Shown here: positions 50,441 to 60,699 of the stretch, in pieces
Layout: each line of letters opens with the position of its first letter
How positions within the stretch are numbered: position 1 is the stretch's first letter
NCBI GenBank assembly: GCA_963665115.1
Contig: OY762007.1
Span: forward strand, 5,216,001 to 5,280,000
Length of the DNA stretch: 64,000 nucleotides
Direction of reading: 5' to 3'
From: an uncultured Rivularia sp.
Lineage (GTDB): Bacteria > Cyanobacteriota > Cyanobacteriia > Cyanobacteriales > Nostocaceae
The notes under the pieces: model-generated
What the model was told of the DNA's origin: nothing
Databases searched by the model: none
The model's input: the letters and a program-made list of their open reading frames with translations, nothing else
Position numbers and translations under genes: made by a program

Positions 50441-50707
50441 ATGGATTCTAACAGTCAGTCTGCCAATACAGAGGAATTACCTTCGCAACGTTTGGCAGAC
50501 GTTGTAGGAACAGCGATTGCTATGTTAACTCTGACGCTACCTATGTTTGTAATTGGTCATTACTCTTCAGGCAGCGTTCAAGGTAATCGGCAACCACTAA
50601 CCTATAATTTGCAAAAAACTGACAATGATACAGAACTAATAAAAAGTGAAATTTCATCTATTTATAAAATGAATAAAGACGCTTCGGGCTTATTGAAGAA
50701 AAAATAA
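50441..50707 (+). CDS. Small hypothetical membrane protein
   Basis: Single TM segment VVGTAIAMLTLTLPMFVIG. Confidence 0.65.
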   Translation: MDSNSQSANTEELPSQRLADVVGTAIAMLTLTLPMFVIGHYSSGSVQGNRQPLTYNLQKTDNDTELIKSEISSIYKMNKDASGLLKKK

Positions 50708-50990
50708 TTTATTGTACCGATTAACATAAGTTTATCTACGATGAAACTGATATTATCTCTCTACCTATAGTTGAGTATGAGAAAATATGAATGCGAATAC
50801 GCACGGGAAAGATAGATATTTCTTGTGGCGCATACAAAAGCGTTGTTTCAACTAATCAAGTAAAACGCGACAGCTTAGATGCTTTAATTCCCATCAAGCT
50901 CCTAGCTTCATAGCTTTGCTTGAAATGTGAATTCAAAAAAATTCTGAAGCAGTCTGCATTAATTAGCTTCAATTTAGATATTTAGATATA

Positions 50991-51019
50991 AAGATGCTCT
51001 TGAGAACAAGAGCATCTTT
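50991..51019. terminator. Hairpin AAGATGCTCTTG-AGAA-CAAGAGCATCTT
   Basis: Perfect 12-bp stem in intergenic DNA. Confidence 0.45.
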
Positions 51020-51274
51020 AATTTGTGATTTATTTTTTGTTGAAGGGAGATGGGGAAAGAGAGCAGGGGAAGCAATATTTTCTTCCTTTGATACCGAAGC
51101 TCCCTCCGCTCTCTTCAACTCCTAACTCCTAACTCTCTAGTCCTAATTTTCCAATTTGAAGGGTACTGTAGCGAAAAACTGCTTTGGGATAAGTCCATAT
51201 TGACCTAAAATTCTACACGGGAGCTAACAAACTCTCACCGATAATTAGTTAACGAAAACTTTAGGAGTAAATCT

Positions 51275-51784
51275 GTGGACTTATCCATTATCTCAGCCCA
51301 ACCAAAACCCGGTTTGATAAACGTTTTAATTGAAATTACCGGCGGAAGTAAAAATAAATATGAATACGACAAAGATTTACAAGCTTTTGCCTTAGATAGG
51401 GTGCTTTATTCATCGGTACAATACCCTTACGATTATGGTTTCGTACCCAATACCTTGGCTGATGATGGCGACCCCCTCGATGGTATGGTAATAATGGATG
51501 AGCCAACATTCCCTGGTTGTGTAATTGCAGCACGCCCCATTGGAATGTTAGAAATGATTGATGGTGGCGATCGCGATGAAAAAATTCTTTGCGTTGCCGA
51601 TAAAGATCCGCGTTATGCTCACGTAAAATCTCTTAGAGATTTAGCTCCCCATCGACTTGAAGAAATCGCAGAATTCTTCCGGAGTTACAAAAACTTGGAG
51701 AAAAAAGTAACCGAGATTCTTGGTTGGCAAGATGTTGAAAAAGTTGCGCCTTTAGTAGAGCAATGCATTAAAGCAGCCAAGTAG
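51275..51784 (+). CDS. ppa: Inorganic pyrophosphatase (family I)
   Basis: [45 protein letters not shown]. Confidence 0.96.
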   Translation: MDLSIISAQPKPGLINVLIEITGGSKNKYEYDKDLQAFALDRVLYSSVQYPYDYGFVPNTLADDGDPLDGMVIMDEPTFPGCVIAARPIGMLEMIDGGDRDEKILCVADKDPRYAHVKSLRDLAPHRLEEIAEFFRSYKNLEKKVTEILGWQDVEKVAPLVEQCIKAAK

Positions 51785-51848
51785 AAATTAGTTAAAATTT
51801 TCCGACAGATAAAAATTCAAATTTTCTCTCCCTAAACCTAATTGCCCA

Positions 51849-52239
51849 ATGCACCGCACGCTTCTTTTCGCAAAAATTCACAACTGTATTCTCACCGAAG
51901 TTAATCCTAATTACGTGGGTAGTATCACCATAGATCAAATGCTTTTAGAGAAAGCTGGTATCTTGCCTTACGAGCAGGTGCAAGTGGTGAAACGTGACTA
52001 ATGGCGAACGCTTTGTTACTTATACAATACCGGCTGTAGCTAATTCAGGAGCCATTGAGCTAAATGGAGCTGCGGCACGTCTGGGCATTAAAGGAGATCG
52101 CTTGATTATAATGTCTTACGGGCAGTTTACTTCGGAAGAAATCAAAAGTTTCTCTCCTACAGTTGTTATCGTAGACGACAAAAACAAATTGTTAGAAGTC
52201 CGACACTATGACTCACTGCTCGGTAAGACTATTATGTAG
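51849..52239 (+). pseudogene. panD: Aspartate 1-decarboxylase, split by a +1 frameshift at 51990-51992 (probably an assembly error)
   Basis: [11 protein letters not shown]...YVGSITID...EQVQVV then NGERFVTY...LNGAAARL; removing one A joins them. Confidence 0.9.
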
Positions 52240-52244
52240 CAAAA

Positions 52245-53141
52245 ATGTCACAGATAGAACAGTCCAGCTATCCTAAAAATACGAGCGAATTAACCGAAAA
52301 TCAAGCCGAGAAATTTTTAGTCAAATTTTGGGGAGTACGAGGTTTAATTCCAACTCCAGGTGAAGAGACTAATCGCTATGGAGGCAATACTGCTTGTGTA
52401 GAAATGCAGGTTGGCACAAAGAATTTAATCTTTGACGGTGGTACTGGTTTGCGAGTATTGGGAAAAGACTGGTTGCAACAACAGCCTGAAATTATAGCTC
52501 ACTTATTTTTCACCAACGCTCAAACCAACCGCATTCAGGGGTTTCCTTTTTTTTCTCCTGCATTTGCACCGCAAAACTGCTTTCATATTTACGGTACCGC
52601 TGCTTCTAATGGCGCATCAATTAAACAATCGCTTGGCGATCAAATGCTGTTACCGCATTTTCCCTACCCCTTGCAAGTCATGGATTCAAAACTGCAATTT
52701 TATAATTTGACTCCGGGTAAAGCGATCGCCATAGATGATGTAGCGGTAAAAATAATATTAATTAATGATGTAACTAAGTCTATTGGCTATAGAGTTACGT
52801 GGAAAGAATATTGCGTTGCTTATATCACCGATTTAAAGTCAGAAATAGATGAGTTAGAAGAAGAAAGAGTTATGGAATTAACTCAAGGGGTAGACTTGCT
52901 AATCGCCAATCCCACTTACATTACTTCTAATATTCGCGACTCTCAAACATCAATTGATCGCTACTGGCAAACTGCTGTTGATTTAGCTCGTAAAAGTGAT
53001 GTTAAACAACTTGTATTTTCCAATCATCATCCAAATGATAATGATGATTTTTTGGATAGAGTCCAAGCAGCGCTTCAAACTGAATTTGAGCAAGCATCTT
53101 TAGCACGTGAAGGTATGGTAATATCTATTAATTGCAGTTAG
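52245..53141 (+). CDS. MBL-fold protein with degenerate metal-binding motif
   Basis: FWGVRG.IP, YGGNT.C, DGGTG; HxHxDH replaced by NAQTNR. Confidence 0.85.
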   Translation: MSQIEQSSYPKNTSELTENQAEKFLVKFWGVRGLIPTPGEETNRYGGNTACVEMQVGTKNLIFDGGTGLRVLGKDWLQQQPEIIAHLFFTNAQTNRIQGFPFFSPAFAPQNCFHIYGTAASNGASIKQSLGDQMLLPHFPYPLQVMDSKLQFYNLTPGKAIAIDDVAVKIILINDVTKSIGYRVTWKEYCVAYITDLKSEIDELEEERVMELTQGVDLLIANPTYITSNIRDSQTSIDRYWQTAVDLARKSDVKQLVFSNHHPNDNDDFLDRVQAALQTEFEQASLAREGMVISINCS

Positions 53142-53149
53142 TTCAAATA

Positions 53150-53614
53150 TTAAAATGAATCTTTGCGATGACTGCACCGGATAATCCAGTAACTTATAGA
53201 TAAAGCAAAAACCGCCACTCCTAAACCAATAACCTTCATTCCATCCGTATTTTTCAAATCTAGAATAATAATTTTTCTCGCTACAGCAATTAAAGAAGTA
53301 GCAATTACTAGTTCAACGTGAATTACGCTTTTTCTCAGATAAGCAGTAATATTTTCTAAAATTTCTAAAGCAATTAAAATATTTAAGAATAGTCCGAAAG
53401 CTGTAAATAAGTTTTTATTAAAGCTTGCGTCATTCAAATCCCAAGCTAGCAATTTATTAATTACAAATATTACTAAATCTACAATAGCAATTAATATTAG
53501 TACTATCATCGTAATCGATAGTAACTTAGAAACTAAAACCTGAATCTTTTCAACTAAATGTAAGAAATTATCATTTCGACTGTATTTACGAATTATTCTA
53601 AAGAAATTCCTCAT
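53150..53614 (-). CDS. Phosphate-starvation-inducible PsiE family membrane protein
   Basis: LIALEILENI, LIAVARKIII; four TM segments. Confidence 0.85.
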   Translation of the reverse strand: MRNFFRIIRKYSRNDNFLHLVEKIQVLVSKLLSITMIVLILIAIVDLVIFVINKLLAWDLNDASFNKNLFTAFGLFLNILIALEILENITAYLRKSVIHVELVIATSLIAVARKIIILDLKNTDGMKVIGLGVAVFALSISYWIIRCSHRKDSF

Positions 53615-53895
53615 GCTTCATACCTTGCAATCAAAAGTTTTAGATCGGTTAGCCTGGTTGGAGAAATGTGAAAGTAAATAAAATCAATTAAAAATCAGAA
53701 ATAACGCGGAATCATCTGTTGAAATTATCTGCTGCATTTATCACTATAAACAATTATTGGTCAAAACAATTCAAAATATGGTCAATTACTAAATAACAAA
53801 TTAATAAAAGCAAAACACCACTGAATAAATTCTTGCCTCAAACTACGAAAGAATATATTGTGTAAACTATTATCATGAATATAATTTGAGGAATC

Positions 53896-54318
53896 ATGAA
53901 TCGTCGTAACTTCTTAAACTGGGTTGGAATAGGTTTGCTAGCAAGTAATTTACCCGTAGCTATCGCAGCTTGTTCTTCAAAGGAAACAAAGCAAAGTACC
54001 TCAGAATCTCAAGAATGGGAAGAAGTTGGTACTTCTGACGAATTAAATACGAATGGTAAATTACTTGCAAAGAATACATCTGTTGGAGAAGTATTATTAG
54101 TTAAAACTTCGGTTCCTGGCGATTTAGTTGCGGTGAATCCTATCTGTACTCATTCAGGTTGTACCGTTGAATGGAAAGCAGATACAAATAAATTCGTTTG
54201 TCCCTGTCATGATTCTGAATTTGGTGTTGCTGGTAAAGTCGAAAAAGCACCAGCTACAAAACCTTTAAAAACCTATGCTGTCAAAGTTGAAGGCGAGAAA
54301 GTTTTAATTAGACAATGA
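53896..54318 (+). CDS. Small Rieske 2Fe-2S lipoprotein (PetC-like paralog)
   Basis: Tat/lipobox RRNFL...IAAC; CTHSGC and CPCHDS. Confidence 0.88.
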   Translation: MNRRNFLNWVGIGLLASNLPVAIAACSSKETKQSTSESQEWEEVGTSDELNTNGKLLAKNTSVGEVLLVKTSVPGDLVAVNPICTHSGCTVEWKADTNKFVCPCHDSEFGVAGKVEKAPATKPLKTYAVKVEGEKVLIRQ

Positions 54319-54584
54319 ATTCGATAATTATTTAGATTAGGACAGAATATGTAGAGCTAATTGTTATAGCGTTTATAGCTTGTTCCTATTCCCAAGCAAA
54401 ATTAATCCAACAAATATCATCAGACCTATTTTATTTATCTATAGTCTTGATTCGGATACAGAATCTATTTTTTGTGAATAAAAATACTGAATAAAAGCTG
54501 GCTGCAATACCGTAAGTCAATAGAAATAATTTATAATTAGAAGTGTATCTAATCCATTTAAAAACAGATAGTAAAAATACATAT

Positions 54585-54627
54585 GTAACATAAATTACGA
54601 ACAAAGATGGAAAAAGTACGTTAAGTT
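54585..54627 (+). promoter_or_regulatory. NtcA-activated promoter of ntcB
   Basis: GTA-ACATAAAT-TAC (GTA-N8-TAC), 23 nt, TAAGTT. Confidence 0.75.
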
Positions 54628-54663
54628 AAATTTGTTATAAAAATAACGATTAGCTACTCAAAA

Positions 54664-55593
54664 ATGCGGCTAGAACAGTTGCAAGCCTTCTTGGCGATCG
54701 CCGAGAGTGGCAGTTTTCAGAAAGCAGCGTACAAATGTAGTGTTACCCAATCTACAATTAGTCGCCAAATTCAAGCGTTAGAGGCAGATTTGGGTTTTGA
54801 ATTATTTCACAGAAATCAGTCAAAATTGACGCTGGCGGGTGAAACTTTACTGCCTCGCGCCCGTAAAATTTGTGTGGAGTGGCAAACTGCAAAGCAAGAA
54901 ATAACAGATTTAATCGCAGGAAAACAGCCAGAACTTTGTATTGCTTGTATTCCCTCAGTATGTGCTTATTATTTTCCACCTTTATTACAATTATTTTGCA
55001 AACAATACCCCGATGTACAATTACGGGTAACATCTTTAGGTAGCGATAGGGCACTAAAGGTTCTCAAAGATGGACTAGTTGATTTAGCAATTGTCATGAA
55101 CAATCGTTTTCTTACCACCAGTAAAGAAATGGTTGTCGAAACACTTTATGAAGAACCGATAGAAGTATTGATCTCAGTTAATCATCCATTAGCCGAATAT
55201 GAATGCATACCTTGGTTGGAATTAGTTCGCTATCGACAAGTGATTTTTAAAGAAGGTTATGGAATGCAACGTTTGGTGCAACATCAATTCGATCAAACCC
55301 ACACATTACTTAAATCGGCTTTAGAAGTAAATACCTTAGATGCTTTCCGGGGAATAGTACGTCAAGGAGAATTAATCGCTTTATTGCCAAGTTCCGCATT
55401 AATTGAAGCACGTACAGATCCCAGTCTTGCAACTCGTCCTTTTGTTATTAACAACAACGGTTCTTCCGTCCACAGTACATCCTTAACTCGCCAAGTAGTA
55501 ATAGTAACAACTCAAGACCGCTTACAAATTCCTCCTATACAACATTTTTGGCATCTAGTCACCCAAGAAATTCCCAAACAGATTAACGGTTAG
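54664..55593 (+). CDS. ntcB: LysR-type nitrate assimilation regulator NtcB
   Basis: MRLEQLQAFL..., SLGSDRALKVLKDG, FKEGYGMQRLVQ, EVNTLDAFRG; NtcA box upstream; cnaT downstream. Confidence 0.85.
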   Translation: MRLEQLQAFLAIAESGSFQKAAYKCSVTQSTISRQIQALEADLGFELFHRNQSKLTLAGETLLPRARKICVEWQTAKQEITDLIAGKQPELCIACIPSVCAYYFPPLLQLFCKQYPDVQLRVTSLGSDRALKVLKDGLVDLAIVMNNRFLTTSKEMVVETLYEEPIEVLISVNHPLAEYECIPWLELVRYRQVIFKEGYGMQRLVQHQFDQTHTLLKSALEVNTLDAFRGIVRQGELIALLPSSALIEARTDPSLATRPFVINNNGSSVHSTSLTRQVVIVTTQDRLQIPPIQHFWHLVTQEIPKQING

Positions 55594-55709
55594 GAGTTAA
55601 GAGTTATGAGTCGTGAGTCGTGAGTAGCAAGTAGCGAAATAGTTATTTGTCCCCTTGTCCCCCCATCCCCCCCTCTCCCCATCTCCGAAGGGCGTTAACT
55701 ACAGATAAA

Positions 55710-56756
55710 ATGAGCAATTTATTTAGAGATTTACTAAAAAAAATAGGTAGCGGTCAACATACTTCAGATAATTTAACTCGTACTGAGGCAGGATTGGCAA
55801 CCAAAATGATGTTGCTTGGGGAAGCAAAGCCAGCACAGATTGGTGCTTTTTTGATTGCACATCGGATCAAACGACCTACTAGCGAAGAATTGGCAGGAAT
55901 GTTGGATGCTTACAACGAACTTGGGCCAAGATTACAAGCAATCGAGGGCGAGCGACCGACTATTGTTTTTGGTATACCTTACGATGGCAGAACCCGAACC
56001 GCACCAATTAGCCCGATAACAGCTTTATTGTTAGCTTGTTGCGGTCAAAATGTAATCATGCACGGTGGCGATCGCCTTCCGACAAAATATGGACTTCCGC
56101 TGGTAAAAATTTGGCAAGGTTTGGGTATTGATTGGACAAAGTTGGAATTAGCAAAAACTCAACAGGTTCTAGAAAAAACAGGAATTGGTTTTGTTTATAC
56201 ACCTCTGCATTTTCCCTTACTAGAAAGTATTTGGGAATACCGCGAGCAAATCGGTAAACGTCCGCCCTTTGCCACAATGGAATTAATTTGGTGCCCTTAT
56301 GTTGGGGATGCTCATATCATTACTGGGTTTGTTCATCCGCCCACAGAAGAAAGGTTTCAAGCAACCTTATCTCACATGGGAATAACCAAATTTACAACAG
56401 TCAAAGGTTTAGAAGGCAGTTGCGATTTACCGCGCGATCGCACTGCGATTATCGGCTATTGTAATGGTAATAATGTTCTCGAAAGATTACTTCTAGTACC
56501 TCGTGAATATGGCTTTACTACCAAAAACGTACCTTTGAATAGTACTGAAAAATTAAGATCGGATATGAGATCAGTTTTAGCTGGTTTGCCATCGGAATTG
56601 ATGCAAACAGCATTATGGAATAGCGGATTTTACTTATTTCGTTGCGGAATTTGTGCGAATATGTCTGAAGGTTTAGCAAAAGCTAAAGAACTTTTTGATT
56701 CTGGAGCCGTATTGAAAAAACTTCGAGAATTAGAGTCAACTATTAATTCTATATAA
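55710..56756 (+). CDS. cnaT: Anthranilate phosphoribosyltransferase-like protein CnaT
   Basis: AQIGAFLIAHRIKRP, PYDGRTR, MHGG...PTKYG, GFVHPPTE, KGLEGS; follows ntcB. Confidence 0.8.
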   Translation: MSNLFRDLLKKIGSGQHTSDNLTRTEAGLATKMMLLGEAKPAQIGAFLIAHRIKRPTSEELAGMLDAYNELGPRLQAIEGERPTIVFGIPYDGRTRTAPISPITALLLACCGQNVIMHGGDRLPTKYGLPLVKIWQGLGIDWTKLELAKTQQVLEKTGIGFVYTPLHFPLLESIWEYREQIGKRPPFATMELIWCPYVGDAHIITGFVHPPTEERFQATLSHMGITKFTTVKGLEGSCDLPRDRTAIIGYCNGNNVLERLLLVPREYGFTTKNVPLNSTEKLRSDMRSVLAGLPSELMQTALWNSGFYLFRCGICANMSEGLAKAKELFDSGAVLKKLRELESTINSI

Positions 56757-56817
56757 TCTATAATTTTGGATGATTTGCCTTTAATGCTTTATTTATAGTT
56801 TTCCAATAGATAGATAT

Positions 56818-56853
56818 GAACAAATAACAAATAACAAATAACAAATAACAAAT
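56818..56853. repeat. STRR heptamer array (AACAAAT)n, 5 copies
   Basis: Direct inspection. Confidence 0.85.
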
Positions 56854-56907
56854 TTATTCAACCTTCAACCTTTAACCTGTTTTCGTTCATTAGGGAGAAA
56901 ATCTACT

Positions 56908-57510
56908 ATGGCAGCACAGAAAATTTTAATGATTGTTGGAGACTATGTAGAAGATTATGAAGTGATGGTTCCCTTCCAAGCTTTACAAATGGTTGGACAC
57001 ACCGTTGATGCTGTATGCCCCGAGAAAAAAGCTGGTGAAAAAGTAAGAACAGCTATCCATGATTTTGAAGGGGATCAAACTTACAGCGAGAAACCCGGTC
57101 ATAATTTTACTTTAAACGCTGATTTTGCCACAGTAGACGAAAGCAAATATCACGCTCTTGTTATTCCTGGAGGAAGGGCACCGGAATACATTCGTTTAAA
57201 TCAAAGAGTATTAGAAATTACCCAGCATTTTGCCCAAAAGAATAAACCTATCGCTGCAATCTGTCATGGTTTACAAGTTTTAGCTGCTGCTAATGTATTG
57301 CAAGGCAAAACCTGTACTGGATACCCAGCCTGTAGCCCAGATATAGGTAGTGCTGGAGGTAAATATGTAGATGTTAGTGCTTCGGAAGTAGTAGTTGATG
57401 GTGGCTTAATAACTGCACCCGCTTGGCCAGCGCATCCTCAGTGGTTGGCTGAATTTCTCAAAGCGCTTGGCACAAAAATCGAGCATTCCGAGATGGCTAC
57501 ACTAGCTTAA
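56908..57510 (+). CDS. DJ-1/PfpI family protein
   Basis: [21 protein letters not shown]. Confidence 0.92.
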   Translation: MAAQKILMIVGDYVEDYEVMVPFQALQMVGHTVDAVCPEKKAGEKVRTAIHDFEGDQTYSEKPGHNFTLNADFATVDESKYHALVIPGGRAPEYIRLNQRVLEITQHFAQKNKPIAAICHGLQVLAAANVLQGKTCTGYPACSPDIGSAGGKYVDVSASEVVVDGGLITAPAWPAHPQWLAEFLKALGTKIEHSEMATLA

Positions 57511-58035
57511 TTGACCGATGAATTCTATTAAACATCAGTCATTTGCCAGTTTTTAATTCTTTCTGCACTGGCAAATGTACTGACTTACTGAAAAAATGCT
57601 TGAATACAAATTACCCTAAAGGGCAAGGGCAAATTCAAAAAAATCTACAAATAATAAAATTTTAAATAACTATATATCGCTGCAATTTGTTTTTTGAATT
57701 TTATAAATACAAAATTATCGTTTAAGTCAAGACAGTAAATATACAGTTAAGCCAAACTACATAAAACAACTCTTTTTGATAACTATTACAATGCGTAAAA
57801 TTTATAATTCAACAAAGCCAAAATACTCAATTTAGCGTAGACTAAGATAATGGGTCACATACCGGCACTTGTTACAATATCGGGTAGGACTTTTTATGAT
57901 AAAATTTCACTTCCTCCAAAGCGTAAACTTTCTTTGTATTAACAAGCAAAGTTGCATATTAGAAATAAAGTTGCGTGGTTAAGTCTTACTACCAACAAAA
58001 ACCACTTTATATAGTTGAGAAATAATACTGACTCG

Positions 58036-59403
58036 ATGACAGGCAAAAACGCAAGACAGAATGCATTTCTGCGGCTAGTGTCTGGTAAGGAATCAGAAAC
58101 ACGATCGGTTCGTCAACGCTACTCGCTAACTCCAACTTCAGAAGCAGTAATAGGACGAGATCCCCACTGTCAAGTTGTATTGGATGCATTAAAGTATCGC
58201 ATGGTATCTCGCCGTCATGCGATAGTTCGTCCCCTAAGTTTATCCCCGGATGGTGAAATCAGTTGGATACTTTGCGATTTAGATAGTGCTAACGGTACTT
58301 ATCTTAATGGAAAACGCTTGCAGGAATGTCAGCAAGTTTTCCCTGGCGATCGCATTACTTTAGGCTACGATGGACCTCAACTAGTTTTTAGTAGCGAAGT
58401 GGTTGAAAAAAGAACCATAATTTCTGCGAATACATCCGTTGCCCGAACAACAAGTTCTCAAAACTATTCCAAACCAGACTCAGTTAGCTTCACTCAATTA
58501 TTTCCCATAATTTCTACAGGTAAAGACTTAACTAGTAAAGCATATTTAATACCTGGAATTTTAACAGTTATATTTGTAGTACTAATGTTTGCTACGGTAG
58601 GAAAGCCGGAAGCAAATCAAGTTATAGTTGCTGTTTATATTGCTTTTGCTGCTTACTATTTTATTTATCAGCTGTGTGGTAAGCATAAACCCTGGTGGGT
58701 TTTATTAGCTATGGCTTTATCCACCGCTTTGATTTTAGTTAGCCCTATATTAAATTTATTTCTTTTTGTATTTCGCGAACTCTTGCCAGGTAGATTACCT
58801 TCAGGAGAAGAATCAATCACTTTTACAGAATTACTAGTGCGAATGTTTTTCGGCGCTGGCTTAATGGAAGAATTACTTAAAATACTACCAGTTATAGCTA
58901 TATATTTTATCGGCTTAAAATTATCCTCGCCTTGGAAAGAGCGTATTGGAGTGTGGGAACCTTTAGATGGCATTTTACTTGGTGCAGCCTCTGCCGTAGG
59001 TTTTACCTTATTAGAAACACTCGGGCAATACGTACCCGAAGCTACTCAAAATGCTGCTATTCAAGCGGGGCTAGAAACAGGTCAATTAGTCGGTTTACAG
59101 TTATTAATTCCTCGGATTTTAGGCTCTGTGGCCGGACACATGGCTTATAGCGGATATCTTGGATATTTCATCGGTTTAGCCGTGCTTAAACCAAAATTAG
59201 GAGGACAAATTTTACTAGTTGGCTACCTGAGCGCATCAGCACTTCACGCTTTATGGAATACAACTGGGGCTAACAATGCTTTACTTTTAGTTATCGTAGG
59301 CGTTTTATCTTATGCTTTTTTAATGGCTGCAATTCTTAAAGCAAGGGCGCTTTCACCCAATCGTGAAGAAAATTTCGCCACCCGATTTTTTGGAAATAAG
59401 TAA
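58036..59403 (+). CDS. FHA-domain PrsW family intramembrane protease
   Basis: FHA IGR...VSRRHA...DLDSANGTYLNG; PrsW EELLK, GFTLLE, GHMAY, LHALWN. Confidence 0.88.
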   Translation: MTGKNARQNAFLRLVSGKESETRSVRQRYSLTPTSEAVIGRDPHCQVVLDALKYRMVSRRHAIVRPLSLSPDGEISWILCDLDSANGTYLNGKRLQECQQVFPGDRITLGYDGPQLVFSSEVVEKRTIISANTSVARTTSSQNYSKPDSVSFTQLFPIISTGKDLTSKAYLIPGILTVIFVVLMFATVGKPEANQVIVAVYIAFAAYYFIYQLCGKHKPWWVLLAMALSTALILVSPILNLFLFVFRELLPGRLPSGEESITFTELLVRMFFGAGLMEELLKILPVIAIYFIGLKLSSPWKERIGVWEPLDGILLGAASAVGFTLLETLGQYVPEATQNAAIQAGLETGQLVGLQLLIPRILGSVAGHMAYSGYLGYFIGLAVLKPKLGGQILLVGYLSASALHALWNTTGANNALLLVIVGVLSYAFLMAAILKARALSPNREENFATRFFGNK

Positions 59404-59784
59404 TTCAGTTATCAATTATCAGTAAAACTTCTTCAAAACCCTTCAACGTCAAATTTGAATTCTTCCTCTGAAGTCGAAAAGGCAATCATTTATTTATATT
59501 CTGGGGATTTACATTTATTCGCTGTATTAAATTAGCTTTGTTTTCAAGGTAGTTGATCGTTACTAACAACTAACCACCAACAACTAACAACTAATTATTA
59601 ATATGTCTTTTGATAGATGAGACTGGAGAATTAACTATTTTATTCTTTATGTATGATGGGTAAATCTACCCCAAGAAAGAAAAATCCTAAAAATAGCCTA
59701 GCCCCAGCCATAAGGAACACAACTAAATTGCATTTGTACTGCCATTAAAGTCAGAAATGGCGATAAATTTTTTAGAAGAAATAT

Positions 59785-60441
59785 TTACTCTTCTGTTTGA
59801 GAGCTATCTAACTGGTTTAGTGCATGATAAGCCACTGCTAACCCTGCTTTTGCTTGCTCAATTTCTGATAAAGCTGCCCATTCACGATTGTCGTCTCGAT
59901 CTAAGTTAGCAAGGGTGGATTCAACTTTATTTGGTTCGCCACTTCTGGTTGCGTAAGCGATCGGACGCGCTAAAACCATGATGTCATCAACTTCTAAACT
60001 TGGTAATACAGCTTGTACGCACTCAATGAGTTGTTCGGTAATTGGCTGTTTCTGGTTAAAAATTTCTGCTGCTTTTTGAGCAATCAAGCCGATCCAAGAC
60101 GACGGCATACTATTAGAAAACTGTTTTTGTAAATTTTTCTGAAGCTTAACCGCTACTGTAGTATTTGTATTACAATTAGACTGTTCTGAAGTATCGCACT
60201 TAGACCAAAGTGCATCTAGTTGGTTGTGGAAACCTTCGCACCGCGTACTTAATTCTTCGTCTAGCAAATCTTGCATCACAAATTGCTCTTCGAGTTGATT
60301 AAAGTAAGCTGTAGTATCCTCGTCACAGGGATTCCAGGGATAACTGTTATCTTCTGGTTCTAATAGAGTTGCAAGTAAATCCAATTCGGTTTGAGAAAGT
60401 GAATTATTAAAATTGTTAGAACCTTTCATTTTGTCAGCCAT
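59785..60441 (-). CDS. Conserved hypothetical protein
   Basis: 218-aa ORF with AGGAG RBS; YPWNP, ARP.AYA.R motifs. Confidence 0.72.
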   Translation of the reverse strand: MADKMKGSNNFNNSLSQTELDLLATLLEPEDNSYPWNPCDEDTTAYFNQLEEQFVMQDLLDEELSTRCEGFHNQLDALWSKCDTSEQSNCNTNTTVAVKLQKNLQKQFSNSMPSSWIGLIAQKAAEIFNQKQPITEQLIECVQAVLPSLEVDDIMVLARPIAYATRSGEPNKVESTLANLDRDDNREWAALSEIEQAKAGLAVAYHALNQLDSSQTEE

Positions 60442-60699
60442 GTGTTGTGTCTCCTTTTGTCTTGGGAATTGGGGTATTGACAGCTACAGCATCCGTTCTC
60501 TCATTTCCGCAAACTGAGATCTTATTTTATTTACTTAAAAAGGTTTCAACTTTAAGTAGCTGTGTATCGTCTATGTTAGTGCTTGAACAATGAAATCGTA
60601 AAAATTTGATAAACATAGAAAAACTGTTTAATCGAAGGAAAAATACTTAGTAAGCTCTATATTCCCTATTCCCCCCTTGCCTTAACCGAATTCATATAT

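Noticed and set aside
50768..50780. AGTTGAGTAT match to the TnpB guide as a second target
   Set aside because: Only about 10 nt and no adjacent TCAT TAM; expected by chance
55938..55949. GCAATCGAGGG in cnaT as an NsiR4 target
   Set aside because: Imperfect, short and deep in the CDS
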